Below, piece after piece: positions 50,297 to 62,735 of a DNA stretch of 64,000 nucleotides (the first letter of the stretch is position 1; each line of letters starts with the position of its first letter). The DNA is from Lama glama. Its lineage: Eukaryota. The notes under the pieces were generated by a model. The model saw nothing but the letters and a program-made list of their open reading frames with translations, made no database searches and had not been told where the DNA came from. The DNA is taken from contig CM052816.1 in assembly GCA_028534125.1 (NCBI GenBank), positions 56,546,001-56,610,000 of the forward strand, in the 5' to 3' direction. The position numbers and the translations under genes were made by a program.

Positions 50297-51974
50297 TTCC
50301 TTTTACTTTAGTGTGACTTGTGGTCACAAAGCCACCAGCGATGGAGCAGGTATTCAGGCTCCCATAGGCCCTCTGTGACACTGCTGTTAACAGCTCGGCA
50401 ACATGGCTCACAAGTCACGGCCCACTGGGTCGTACGATGGTCCCCTTGGTTGTCTTAACCCTGACTCTTGGCACAGCTTGAAGTGTCTTCTCATTTACAC
50501 GCACCATAAAATCTCATGTATCACTGGAAAACAGAGACTGATAGAAGGGAGCATTTGGCAAGGTGGGGAAAGAAATGAGGCTGCATTGAAACCATAGGAG
50601 TAGATGTGAGGATAATCAAAATGGCACCGGGATGCGCAGCAGCAAGAGCGAAAGCTGCTTGGAAGTTGTAGGTCTTTCCAATTGCACCCGAGTGCATTGC
50701 CAACTGTCAGCATCCCTGCCTGAGCAGATGGGCAGGTGCAAAATCATGATGGCGAGGGACATACCGATGGTACCAGGCCAGCTGTATTTTTCTCACAAGG
50801 TGTCCTATTCATCTGTTAAATAGCCAAGCACTTTTATTAAGCATTTTGGAGATTTTCTAATCTATTTAAAGCATTGAGGTTTGACATTTCTGAACAGATG
50901 GCAAAACACGGGGTGAATGTGTATGTTGTTGGAAGTATGTGGGGAGGCAGGGTGAGGGTGATGAAGCCAAGGGGACTGCACGATGCTGAGAGCAAGAACG
51001 AGCCGTGCAGCAGTGGATGACCTGCTTTTCTTGCCCGTCTCTTGCTTCCCTGCTGCGTTAACTGTGTTCCATTTTTCAACTTCATGGAAACTTCGTGTTC
51101 CACACACAACATAGAAAACCTTGAACCCTAACTGTGGATTCATGGAGATGTTCAAGCCTCACTCTGGAGAACTGCTGATGGAGGCAGGGATCCTTTTAAT
51201 TCTGGGTGCTTGGCTTTCTGCATCCTTCACTGGAAAAGCATGAGATAGAAGGAAGGACATGAGGCAGGAAGAAGGACTTTGCGGTCCGTGCTCTCTCACG
51301 GCGAGAGGGAGAGGTCGCTTTGGGGGAGGTTGTGTGAGATGGGACAAAACTAAATTGATGGGTAGCATTGGGTCCTCTCAGAAGGAATCAGTTGAGCATG
51401 CTTCAGGCTTCCATAATCCAACATCTATTTGTAATCAAACCCTTTGGCAAACTAAAAATAGAAGAAAATTCTTCAGTCTGATAAAGGGATCTACAAAACA
51501 ATCTAGAATTAACATCATACTGGAGAACAATATACTGAATGCTGCCCTCTAGGATGCAGACCAAGGCAGGAATGCCCACCGTCATGACTTCCACTCAGAA
51601 TTGTACTAGAGAGCCTCGCCAATTCATACGAAATAAAACACACAGGGATCAGAAAGGAAGAAGTCAAACTCTTTCTTTTCAGGTGACATCAATGTTTACA
51701 GAGAAAATCCTAAGGTCTCTATGAATCACCTACTAGAACTGATAAGTGAATTTGGCAGATTGTAGGATATAAGACCAAAATGCAAGAATCAATTGTATGT
51801 CTACCTAATCACGACAAACAAATGGAAAATGAAATTTAAAGGAATACCATTTGCAATAGCATCCAAAAAATCAAATACTCAGGTAAAAATTTAACCAAAG
51901 ACATATAATACACTTATATCAAAAACTATAAAACACTGCTACAGAAATTAAAGAAGACTAAATTGATAAAGAAA

Positions 51975-52346
51975 TGTTGGTTCACAAACTGGCCCCCTAC
52001 ACACACAAGGCAAGGAGACACTAAGGAAAGGTGGCAGGTTTAATGAGCAAGGTAACTTACATATGAGACTTGTCTTGACTGGCCACCAGATGAGTAGATC
52101 TCTGCACCCACCAGAATCTTAAAAGTTTGCATGAAGGCTTTAACTGGGTTTAGTCATGTGTACCATCTAGGTGGTCTTAACAAAACCTTACTCTCTCAAG
52201 TCTGCACCCTTGAAAATGGCTCCCACCGCAGGAATGGTGGGCAGAGTGTATATTTCACGGACAGAGGAGGTGGTGAGGAGCCTCTGATTGCCAAGGTCCA
52301 GCTCAAGGGTCAACCTGTAGTCATGTTCTCTTGATTACCTCTTACA
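51975..52346 (-). mobile_element. Solo LTR (372 bp, TG...CA) inserted in the L1 ORF2 relic
   Basis: Starts TGTTGG and ends CTTACA. Non-L1 sequence cleanly interrupts the L1 ...AAAGAAGAC/GAGAGAT...CATGGATT stretch. GGTTTAATG is an antisense ATTAAA polyA signal. Confidence 0.75.
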
Positions 52347-53784
52347 ATGAGAGATTTAAGGTTTCCATGGATTAAAAGGCTTAATAATTGAAGATCAGTT
52401 TTTCTCATATTCTTCTATAGATTCAATGCATTCCATATAAAAATTCTACAAGACTTTTTGTAAAAATGGAAATGTTTCTAAAATCTGTATGAAAGAGCAA
52501 AAGACTTACAATAGCCAAAACAACCTTGAAAAAAAATATGGAAAACTCTCCTTGCCTGATTTCCAGACTTACTATAAAGTCTGGAAGATTCTGGTCCTGG
52601 CATAAGGACAGTCCAATAGAGTAACACACAAAATAAGGAATTTAGAATAAGGCCCACATGTATATGGTCAACTGATCTTTATAAAGCTGCCCAGGCAAGT
52701 CTATGAGGAAAGTTAATATTTTTTCAACAAATGATGCTGGGAAAACTGGATAAATATATGGGGCAACAAATGAACTTTTACCCCTACCTCTTACCATCCC
52801 TCAAAATTAATTCAAGCTGAGTCATAGACTTAACTATGTAGAGAGTTGAAGCTATAAAGCTTCTATAAGAAAACACTAGAGAATACCTTGATGGTTTTAA
52901 GGGCCGAGAAAAGATTTATTAGGGGGACTGAAAAATTAATACATAGAAAAGAAAAAAATTGATAAAGTAGACTTTGTCTAAATTAGCACTCCTGTTCATT
53001 GAAAACACAGCATTTATAAAATGAAAAGATAAGCCAGAGGCTGGGAGAAGATTTTGCAATATGTATCTCTAATACATAAACAACTATAAATCAATAACAC
53101 AAAGACAACCCCAATATAAAATGGAAATTGACTTTAACAGACCCTTCACTAAGGAAGATATTCAGATAACCAATAAGCACATGAAAAGTTGTCAACATCA
53201 TTAATCAGGGAAATACAAATTAAAACCACAGTGTGATACCACTGCATACTCATAAGAATGGCAAACACTGAAACTACTAACATTAAATGTTAGCTAGGAT
53301 TTGGAACAATCAGGACTCTCACACATTGCTGGTGAAGGTGTAAAATGGTGCCACCACTGTGATAGACTATGAAAACTAACTAAAAAACTTTGAAAAACAA
53401 TTCCACTTCTAAATCTTTATCCAGAATAAATGAAAACATATACCCGTAAAGCTCAAAGCTACTTTATTCATGACAGCCGCAAATTGGAAGAAAAATCCAA
53501 GTATTTATCAAGAGAAGAGTAAATAAACAAACTGTGTAGTCACACGATGGAATACGACTCAGCAATAAAAAAGGAAAAAACTACCAATACATATCACAAC
53601 TCAGGTGGATTCTAAAGACATTCTGCTGAAAGAAAGGAGCCAGACACAAAAGAGTAAATGCTGTATGGTCTCATTTAGATGAAGTTCTGTAACAGGTAAG
53701 ATGAATGTACGTGATAGAAATCAGAACAGTGGTTGCCTCTGTGGGTGAAAGAGGAGGATTGCCTGGGGAGAGGCATGAGGAGAC

Positions 53785-54021
53785 TTTTTAAATTAAAATA
53801 TACATAACATAGATTTTACCATTTAGCCATTTTTAAGTGTACAATTCTTTGGCATCAAGTACCTTCACACTGTACTGCAACCGTTACCACTGTCCATCTC
53901 TAGAACTGTTTCATCAAACGGAAACTCTGTACCCATTAATTACTAACTCCTCATTCTCTCTTTCTCTCAGCCCCTGGCAACCACCATCCTATTTTCTGTC
54001 TATGAATTTGACTACTCTAGA
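53785..54021 (-). mobile_element. L1MB-like 3' end inserted antisense in the older L1 3' UTR
   Basis: ATACATAACATAGATTTTACCATTTAGCCATTTTTAAGTGTACAATTC...CAGCCCCTGGCAACCACCATCCTATTTTCTGTCTATGAATTTGACTACTCTAG. Flanked by CATGAGGAGAC and CATGAGGCAAC. Confidence 0.88.
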
Positions 54022-56714
54022 CATGAGGCAACATTTTGGAGTCAAGAAAATATTCTCTATTTTTGTAGGGGAGAGGGTGTGCGTTATGTGGGAGTATGTG
54101 ATTGTCAAAACAGTTCAAACTGTACAATTAAGACGTGCACATCTCACTGTATGTAAATTATAAGCCATAAAAAACCCACAGTAAGGCCGATGACTTGTCT
54201 TCACATTCCTCACAGCCTGGTGAGCAGAGTACCAGAGGAACCACCCAGTGACACGGCCCCTTAGGAGAGCCGCCCTTCCTGCAGCCCTCAGTGCAGGCGC
54301 ATTGCCTATTTGGTGGAATGCAACTTACCTCTCTGCCTGGCGGCTGTGTTTGCCGGGAACGTGGTCTCCCACCCCGTAGCACTGAGTAGAGTACATGAAA
54401 TCATGAACTTCATCCCTGGCCTTTCTCCCAAGACCTCTTTGCTGGTCATCCCCAGGGCCCTGGACCTGCATGTCAAATGCTCACCAGATTCCCTTAAAGC
54501 TGCTGCATCCTCATTTCCCTATCCCTGTGGCTGCTGCCCTCACCCTCCCAGTGACCCAGAGCCAGGGCTCCTCCCTTCTCCAGCCCCAGTCACTGTTAAT
54601 CCCCGAGGTCGCCTTTATTCACCTTCACAACTGTCTGCCCCATTTGTCTAGATGAACAAAGGGAAGAGACTTTGAGGGCTGAGCTGTCTTTTCACTCAAG
54701 TGTGTGGCCATTCTCTTGCAGCACTGCCTCTCTTCAATGAAAATTCTTTATCCCTCCTACCTGTACTCAAACGATGCAAAGGTGGAAGGAGCTAGGGGAT
54801 GGAGGATGGGAAAATGCTCCGACTGAAACTTTCCACTTGAGCCTTGAAGTTTACTGATGATTCAGGGTTCAGATACAGGAGCAAAGCTTTTCCTAGATCA
54901 CCCTGGTTGATGTGCTGCTGTAGGCCAGGCAGGACCCCCATTCATCTCGCCCATCATGCTTTGAGCCTAGAAGAGCTTCATGTGTGTGAGCATCAATCAG
55001 CCTCCTCCTGCTCAAAGGCTACAGGGCCAAACTCAACCCTAGCTAGACGGGAGGCTCCTTTCCTGCCATTCGCTGCAGCGTGGGCCCAGATGAAAGATTT
55101 ATTGTCCTAATTCAGAGCTGGTATCTGTCTTTGACAATTTAATTGTATTTGCAGAGAAGTCATGGATCCTTTCTCCTCCTAAGCCTTCATGGGAAAAGGT
55201 CTCATATCTTATACTACCAAGAAGTCTTATGGATTCAAAAGCTAGCTGGGGGTGAGGGATTGTGGTCTTTACATCCTTCCTGCCTGAAGCAGCGAGTCCC
55301 TCTCAGAAACTCAGGTGCTGGGGGAAGAAAATAGGATCCCCAAGATCCCCTCCCCTCCAACTTGCCTTTCCATAATTAACACCTGAAATTCCCAGATTGT
55401 ACCATTAAACCATATACTCTCTGGGGGAAGGGAATTGATCATTCTTAATTACTTACAGGTACATGGTTTAGGGGAACAGAGTGTCATGACTGGTTTCGAA
55501 AATATTTTCAAGAGGTTTTTATTTTTTGCCTTTGTAACGGAGAGTGAGTGAGCTCCTTAACCTCTGACTCACTTTTTAGAAGTTCTGCCCCGTTCTGAGG
55601 CCTAGGATTGCATTTTAGCTTCTGTCTGAAGCCCACGGCGTCTCCTAAAACACAGCAGCAGCAAGTCAAGTGTCTTCCTTGGGTGTGGAGCTGGCAAGGG
55701 GGCCTGAAAGCCAGTACAGTTCTCTAGAAAACAAAGCACATCCAGAGTTTCCTGGTTGGAGTCCTTCTGTGGAAATTCTGGCTCCACTCTCGCTACACGT
55801 GTTGGAGGACAATTTATAGCAGTCAGCAAGGCCGCCAGGAAAAGATTCAGGTTTTCTCTCTCCCACGCACACAGCATGATTACTTGGATTAACTGAAGAC
55901 TTTCTTTTTTTTTCCATTTGGCCAAACCTGAACACATGAGAAAATCAGACAAATGGGGTTAAAAAAGAAAAATCAGTGATCAAGTCAGCAAAGGAAAATA
56001 GCCTTCAGGTGACAGGTTGGCAGGCTGCCCTCCTCTGGGAGCCAAATCGGGAGGGACCAGCCAGGTGGCATTCATCGGGCTGTTCCTAAAAGTGGGATGA
56101 TCTAAAGAGTAAGATTTTGGGTCTTGGGGTCTGACTGTCTTCTCTGAGCTCCAGTGGAGACATCGTTGCAATAAGGCTGGAAGGTGACTTTTGGTTCATT
56201 CACATGTGTCCACTATGATTCCACTTTGGAATCAATGCTCAAAACCAGACCAACTCAGCCTGGTCCAGGAGGGTCAGCCCCAAGATGCCCCTCTTGTCCT
56301 ACATCCTACAAGTTCTTTTGGATTATAAGCAAAATTTCATATGGCTTATTACATAATGTATCACCATCCTTCTCCATTGAGCTAGAGAGGGAAATGGTTC
56401 TCTCTGAAAGCATATCATCTGAATCAAGCAAAATGGCATTTGTCCAGAGGCCATTGTCTCACAAGTCAAACCATCTGGCACACTGCAGAGAACCCAGAAG
56501 TAGAGTTTTCACTACCTGAACATTCATATCATGTAGTGCACTCACTGAGTTTCATGAGTTGAGTCATGGACTAGGCTCTTGCCCCTTTGTGCAACATGAG
56601 CTTATTTATACTCACGTCGTAAACATAATTCTATTTCATCTTAAGTTTCATTGGTTTTGAAGGTGAGAAGAGGACAAGGGAAAAAGAGAAGACTAAAGAA
56701 GACAGGCAGGCATT

Positions 56715-56832
56715 ATCTGCTGGAATATAAGCTTCATGAGGGCGAAGACGTGGTCTGTTCTGTTCACTGCTGAGGTCCCCGTACCTAGAACAGTCCCAGG
56801 CACAGAGGAGATGCTAAGTAAATATTTGCCGA
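56715..56832 (+). mobile_element. LINE-2 3' end
   Basis: CTGGAATATAAGCTTCATGAGGGC...TGTTCACTGCTG...CCTAGAACAGTCCCAGGCACAGAG...TAAATATTTG. Confidence 0.85.
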
Positions 56833-58349
56833 CTTAAACAATGACAGCAGTGGAAAGCACTGGTTTTTCGGGAACATCTGCTAGAGAAGAGTAGAAAAAA
56901 GGAGAAGAGAGAGGGAGCAAGAGGAGGGGACCTCATAGAGCACACTGGTCCAAGGACAGTTTAAGTAGCATCAAAAAATTCTACATCTTGTGAAAGTTCT
57001 TGAGAACAAACATCGTCGTCTTACAGCTTAAATGGTGATGATGATGTGATGGCTGTTCATCATGATAACCTTACATCATCAAGATATCAAAATGCACAGA
57101 AACTAAAATTCATTCATTATCATCTTTTCAAGGAACAGGAAAATGCAAAAAATCCAAGAAAGATTTTCTAAAGATATGACTGTAATTATTTTAAATTTTT
57201 AAAACTTAAGATTTGCTAAATTTTAAGTTTCTGCACTCACAAATGTAGACTCCAACTCAGCCCAATGACAGCAGATTAACAAAGTTGATGGAAAAGTTGT
57301 TACATGGGCAAAGGCACACAGCGTACCTGTCACTCTGCTGACATCCACTTGCGAATAGCTGGAAAGCTCTTGTCCTCTGACACCCACAACCCCCTGGCCG
57401 TTTGTAAATGCAGCTTGACATAGCGTGAATGGCTTCTGAGAGAGGCGGACATGCTGTGCCCTCCTGAATGTTTTTTAAAACCAATGTGGGAAATCATGTG
57501 GTTTCAAAGGCCAGAGCCCCAGCGATGTGGAAATCTACACAAATTTAAGCCACAGGTTTGGCTGGTTTTAGGATTGCTCTGGGCTTTGCTTTCTCTGAAA
57601 AATGCTGAGATATTTGAAAGAAATTTTGAGAGACTAAAATTTAATGTTTAAAAAGAAAACAACCACCAATGAATGATTTTGAACCTCTGCAGAAGAGTAA
57701 GCAGAATTCAGAACCTAAGAAAAACCCAGGATCCTTCACAGAACACGGAGGGGCAAACACCATATGTGTGTACCCTTCTCAGTTTACAAGCCTCCTGTTG
57801 ACTCTTTTGGAAGGTCAACCAACAGTTAGGTATTTCATAGACAGTCATGGGCCAACGTGAAGGAAAAGGCAGTATTAAAAATAAATTTCCTGAATAGCAA
57901 GTTTGTATGAATTTTCCCTATATATATTTACTTATAATCTAAAAATAGCCTTTGGTAAAATCTTAGAAATCAAGTGTTTATTTAATTCTCTGAAATTGAA
58001 ATACAAGAGTGGGCAAGCTAGAGGACTCCTGTGGGTATGTATTCCAGCCTATCTTGGTTTCAGTATTTCCATGATGGGCGGGGGAGTGGAGACTAACTAC
58101 CCAGAAGCTGTCTGTGTAGGAACGTGGGATGCTTGCACAGAAGGACAGAAGGGATTGCAGAGATCCTGGAAGTGAGATCCTATCACCCAACTCTGAAAGC
58201 TGGGAGGGAGGGAGCAGACCCTTGGTGCCAGGAGCAGCATCAGAATGGTTGGAGGCATTGTAGATCTCTGTTGGGGTTGGCCAGCACTTTTTTCCTGGAG
58301 GGGAGGGTCCCTCACACTCCATGTGGCCCTGGAGGGGCTAATCGCGGTT

Positions 58350-58500
58350 TCTTTGTATCTTAGGTAGAGATATCCTGAGACAAAGATTTGAGTGCAAGTG
58401 GTTTGTTTGTAGGGCACAGTGCCAGACACTTAGATGTGTGGCAGGTGAGCCCTGAAAGGGACGAGGCCGAGGGGATCAGGGTGGGGAACAGACAGCACCC
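58350..58500 (-). mobile_element. ERVL LTR fragment (LTR16/LTR33-like)
   Basis: CCTGAGACAAAGATTTGAGTGCAAGTGGTTTGTTTG is a typical ERVL LTR terminus. Confidence 0.55.
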
Positions 58501-58539
58501 ACTATGCCTTCCCTTGTCCCCTGCTAGAAGCCAGGTCCA

Positions 58540-58929
58540 TCAGAGCACACGTGACTGGTCTGACTTGAAGGCATGACCAGCGCAGGGCCAACTCAAGTCC
58601 TTCTCTGATTTCTGTGCACGGAAAGATAGAGGGTCCCTCTCTGCTGTAGTTCCTGAGTGAAGCTGGGTCAGCCTAGAGTTGGCACTGAGGCCCCTTTCCT
58701 GACCCCTATGAAAGGTTATTTGCAAGAGGAAAGAAGGAGCCGATAGACAGGAGGAAGAGATGGGAACGAGAGAGAGGGAAGTCACATTATTTTCATCTGG
58801 ATCCTTAGATCCAGCTTGACCTGAAGCCAGATTCATTTCTGGACGTCTTAACTATGAACCAATACATTCCTTTTGTTTTCTTGCTTTAGCCAGTTTTTAT
58901 TTGACACCAAAAGAGTTTGACCTAATATA
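58540..58929 (+). mobile_element. MaLR LTR, MLT1K-like
   Basis: GATCCAGCTTGACCTGAAGCCAG...TATGAACCAATACATTCC...CCAAAAGAGTTTGACCTAATATA. Confidence 0.75.
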
Positions 58930-59224
58930 GGAATGGCTATAGGACTTTGGATAGATCCTTGAATCATATACCTGCCAGAAAGCCAAGCTCATTGTCTCTA
59001 GTGCCATCTGGGAGTGGTGAAGCAGTGTGTCTGAGTTGGAAACCTGAGGTGGGGGTGGTGGCTCTGTGACAAAGGGCGTTGCAAGCAAAGTAAAGCGTGC
59101 TCCAGAAAGGAACCCAGAGAAGGCAAGCTTTCATCCTGTCCCTTTTTACAGAGTACACGCTTGAGAGCCAAAGCAGAAAAAAATAATTATGTCCCACTTT
59201 CTAGCTGTGGAGAGAACAGAGCCG

Positions 59225-59635
59225 ACACGGCCCGTTGGCGGGAACTGGAAGAGTAGGTCAGGACCTTGAGTCAGGCAGGAAGCGGGTAGGGCAGGGCAGG
59301 GCTCACTGCGCCGATGCACATTTGCAGGTTGTAGAGATTCAGGGCGGAGCCGAGCACCCGCTAGAGAGGACAGCTGAGAGGCTACCCAGGGCACAGCCCC
59401 GGGGCCGGCAGGGCATCCGAGGGGCACGGCACAGGGCAGGTGCTCGGCCACGGGGAGGCGGTGCTGTGCTTATTGGTGGAGGACACCAGGGGGCAAGCAG
59501 TGGCAGAGAGTTCCAAGGGGGCACCCAGCCTGGGCAGGGCCCTAGACGCAGGCCGCAGGGAAAGGTGCGCGCAGCGGGGCGCGGGGAGCACAACGTGCAG
59601 AAGCCGCCCTTCCCCGCTCCCAAAGCCAAGTGCGA
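59225..59635. promoter_or_regulatory. CpG/GC-rich patch (candidate regulatory element) with CTCF-like motif
   Basis: Visibly the highest CpG density in the window (e.g. GGTGCGCGCAGCGGGGCGCGGGG, GGGCGGAG GC-box). GGACACCAGGGGGCA at 59481-59495. Confidence 0.4.
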
Positions 59636-60484
59636 ATTTTTCAGGAATTCTGTAAGACCGCTGTTAAACATGGCAATTATTGAATTTAAACTGTTAATTA
59701 ATGACTTTATTAAAAGCAATAAATACTCAGAATTCATCCTCTCCTAGTCATTTTGCTGCAGTTTACTATTAGCTCTGTTCGCGAGGTACAGGTTCTTTCG
59801 TACCTGCATGGGGAGATACCGCGTAACAGAGTGCCTCTGCTCATTGCTTCTTAACGCTGTGTGTGGTCGTGTCCCATGGGCAGCTTAAAACCTCCCAGGA
59901 TCTGAGTGCTGGGCTTAGCTTATTGTTTTGCAGATTGTTGAGACTCAAGAATGTGATGGAAAAGGTTAATAAGGCAAATTAAACTTAAAGGTGCGTCATG
60001 GAGGGAGCCACTGCGTCGTGAATCGCACCGAACATTGCAGGAATATCCTTGCAGTTTTGGAAAACTACAATCTGATTCTGCCAAAGAGGTCGCTCACACG
60101 TTGACCAGATGGAAGTCTGGTCTTTCATCAGACTCAGCATAAACAAAGATACCAGTCAGCATTCGTGCAGAAACTACTGTTTGTTCATGGCAAGCATTTG
60201 TTCATTGAACAATTTGGTTCTACCTGTAAGTTGACTATAGATATAAAACGTCAGCAAAAAAACCAAACAAACAAAAAAACAAAACCCAAAACCAAAAAGC
60301 ACTCTGTGAGAATAAATTGAACATACGTTTAGAAACCTAGAGTATTGTATATTTCATTATTCTTCTTAAATTTTGCCGTGTATCCTTTATATAGGGAAAA
60401 TTTAGAATAAATTTACATGCGTGTGCACATACCTAGAACTTTCTCCGGAGAGCCAGTTGTTACCCTTTTACCAGCACATCACGG
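59588..60484. mobile_element. hAT-Blackjack DNA transposon relic, MER63C/D-like, near full length
   Basis: TTTTCAGGAATTCTGTAAGACCGCTGTTAAACA, AATAAATACTCAGAATTCATC, ATTAAACTTAAAGGTGCGTC and GCACTCTGTGAGAATAAATTG, ending GGAGAGCCAGTTGTTA...TTTACCAGCACATCACGG. Confidence 0.85.
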
Positions 60485-62244
60485 GGGTTGGGACACCATA
60501 CCCTTCTCTATCTTGCCTGCCCAGAAAGCGAGCAAAAGGAAAGGAGTTTCCTCCAGAAGGGAGCTGTACCTCGGCCCGGCATGCAGCGTGCGTCTTTGTC
60601 AAAGAAGAACGTTGAGAGGATTTACGACGCATGCGTATATGGAGACCACGACAGGTGAGAGACCCCAGCAGATGCAGGACTGATAGCAGTGAAGGTTTGC
60701 CACCCCCTACCCCCTACCCCCTACCCCTCACCTGATGTTTGCATGTTTGGTCCCCACCCCTGCGTTTTCCCTTGGTGCTTTTAATTCAAGTCACATGTGT
60801 AACTTGAGAACTTACAAATTACAAAGGGTCTTTCAAACAAAGTTAGTATGTAAATATAATCTATAACACTAAATTCCCATCATTAATATTGAAGAGTAGG
60901 TCAATATTTGATAAAAATCACCTCAGGGGAATGTGCCTTTCTACCTGGTTTTATGCCTCGCAGGCTTATTCAATTATTATTTAATTACCCAGCTAAATGT
61001 CAGGGCTTACAAAGCAGGGATTATATTAATAATAACATGAGGTTTATTTTAAACCACACATTAGATAGAGCTGATTTTGTTTCACCATCTCACAGAGCAC
61101 AGAATTTACGTTATTCTTCTGCACCTGGTTTTGAATGAATTGATTCTATTTAAGCTCCCCACCCCTCGGCTCCCTTTTAAAAAATCATCCTCCTGTATTT
61201 GTCATATTTTTCCAGTCTTTCAGCTATTCTCCACCCCACACCCCCTCCTGGGAGTCTTAATTCCACAGTAAATCAAATATCTTAACAAAGGATTGTGCGT
61301 GGAACACAGTAACAAAACAGAGATGCTGGGTCGCAGAGAACAACCTTGTCTCAAAAGAAGGTGGGGCCCCACGCAGAGCAGTTTCCGAGCCAACACCTTC
61401 TAACTGAGTGGCTGGCTGTTTAATTCCTCGTATAAAGTTGCTATAGCAACTGTTCTATCAGAAGGATTTGTTGGCACCTAGATGGACTTTGTTTCTCCGA
61501 CATTCGAAGAGGAGAGAGAAGACAAAACCTAATGAGAGGACTGAGTGACATTAAATCACTCCCCTTTCAGCCTGACTGTACTGCACCCACTTTGGGGGTA
61601 TTCTGAGCACGGCCTTTTGTCAATCTGATGAGAGTGGTAGAGATGGGGGAGAGGGATCAGACCCGGGAGGGCTGGGGGGAAGGCTGCAGGAACAGCTGAA
61701 TCGAGGTGGGCCACTCAGGCCTTTTGTCCTCCACCATCTGTGTGCTGTGGTTTTGGGATGCAGCCAAAGGAACGTTACCTGTATTGTGCCTCTCGGAGCC
61801 GGGGCGCGGCTGCTAGTCCTGCCTCAGACACAGGGGCCTCACATCCAATGACAGGGCCATAATAGCCTGGCAAATAAACTACTTGAACATTTGGCTTTAT
61901 GAATATTGAGCAAACTTCTTCAAATAAATTATGAAAATGACTCTAAGCGACCAGCCATCTGAATCCCATTGCAAGCCTAGGGCCACTGATTTGTAATGCT
62001 AAGCATGATAATATTGTATAAAGGAGGAGTACGTTCCAAAGTAACTGGTGAGCTTGGAGAACTGGTGCCTAAAAAGGAATCCTCATCATGACTGCTCACA
62101 GAGATACCCCGGTGCACAGAGCTGAATGGGACATACACAAAACGCATGTACAGGTAGTGCCTTTTCAGATGCTGAATGTAAAACTCAAAGTACACAGCCT
62201 TGAAAAATGAAAATTTCCGAAGTATCACATAGCCTTTCAGGAAG

Positions 62245-62735
62245 TCAGCTGGCAACGGATCGCAAAATCCTTAAAATTTTGAATAACTTCCGACTCAGCA
62301 GTCCCACCTCTTGCACTTTGTCCTAAGGTAATAATAGCAGATACGTAACACACGAAGGCTTAGCAATAGGAAAGTCAGTTGTACTGTGTACAATCACTGA
62401 TCCTTATAAATGTGCAACCACAGGGAACTAGTTAAAATAAGTTATGGGATAGCCATGTAACAGAATACCTCGTAGCCATTAAAAATGATGCTGAAGCATG
62501 TTTGATAAAAAGGAAACAATATGAATAATATGTTGCTGAAGGAAAAAAAACAGGTTACAGTGGAGTGCATATGGCTGATTCCATTTTTAAGAGCGTATAT
62601 ACATTTTAAAAAAACTGCAATACAATATTGATGGCTGTTAACTCCATGGAGTAGAATTACAGGTGACTTTATTATTTTCTTTATTATGCTTACTTATATT
62701 TTCTGGCTTTTTCAACAATGAATCTGTTTTCCTGC
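62245..62735 (+). mobile_element. Ancient L1 (L1ME4-like) 3' end
   Basis: GACTCAGCAGTCCCACCTCT...TCCTAAGG, GTAGCCATTAAAAATGATG and GAATTACAGGTGACTTTTATT...ACAATGAA. Confidence 0.75.

Larger units (their letters stand above)
51420..54175 (+). mobile_element. Old LINE-1 (L1ME/MD-like): ORF2 RT to C-terminus relic plus 3' UTR, with two nested insertions
   Basis: Decayed RT region (AAGGAAGAAGTCAAACTCTTTCTTTTCAGGTGACATCAATGTTTACAGAGAAAATCCTAAGG), TTCAACAAATGATGCTGGGAAAACTGGATA and AATCAGGGAAATACAAATTAAAACCACAGTG. Ends CACTGTATGTAAATTATAAGCCATAAAAA. Confidence 0.92.

Noticed and set aside
59235..59747. Overlapping ORFs of 130-170 aa in the GC-rich patch
   Set aside because: Stop-codon depletion is due to high GC, and the ORFs run into a MER63 relic.
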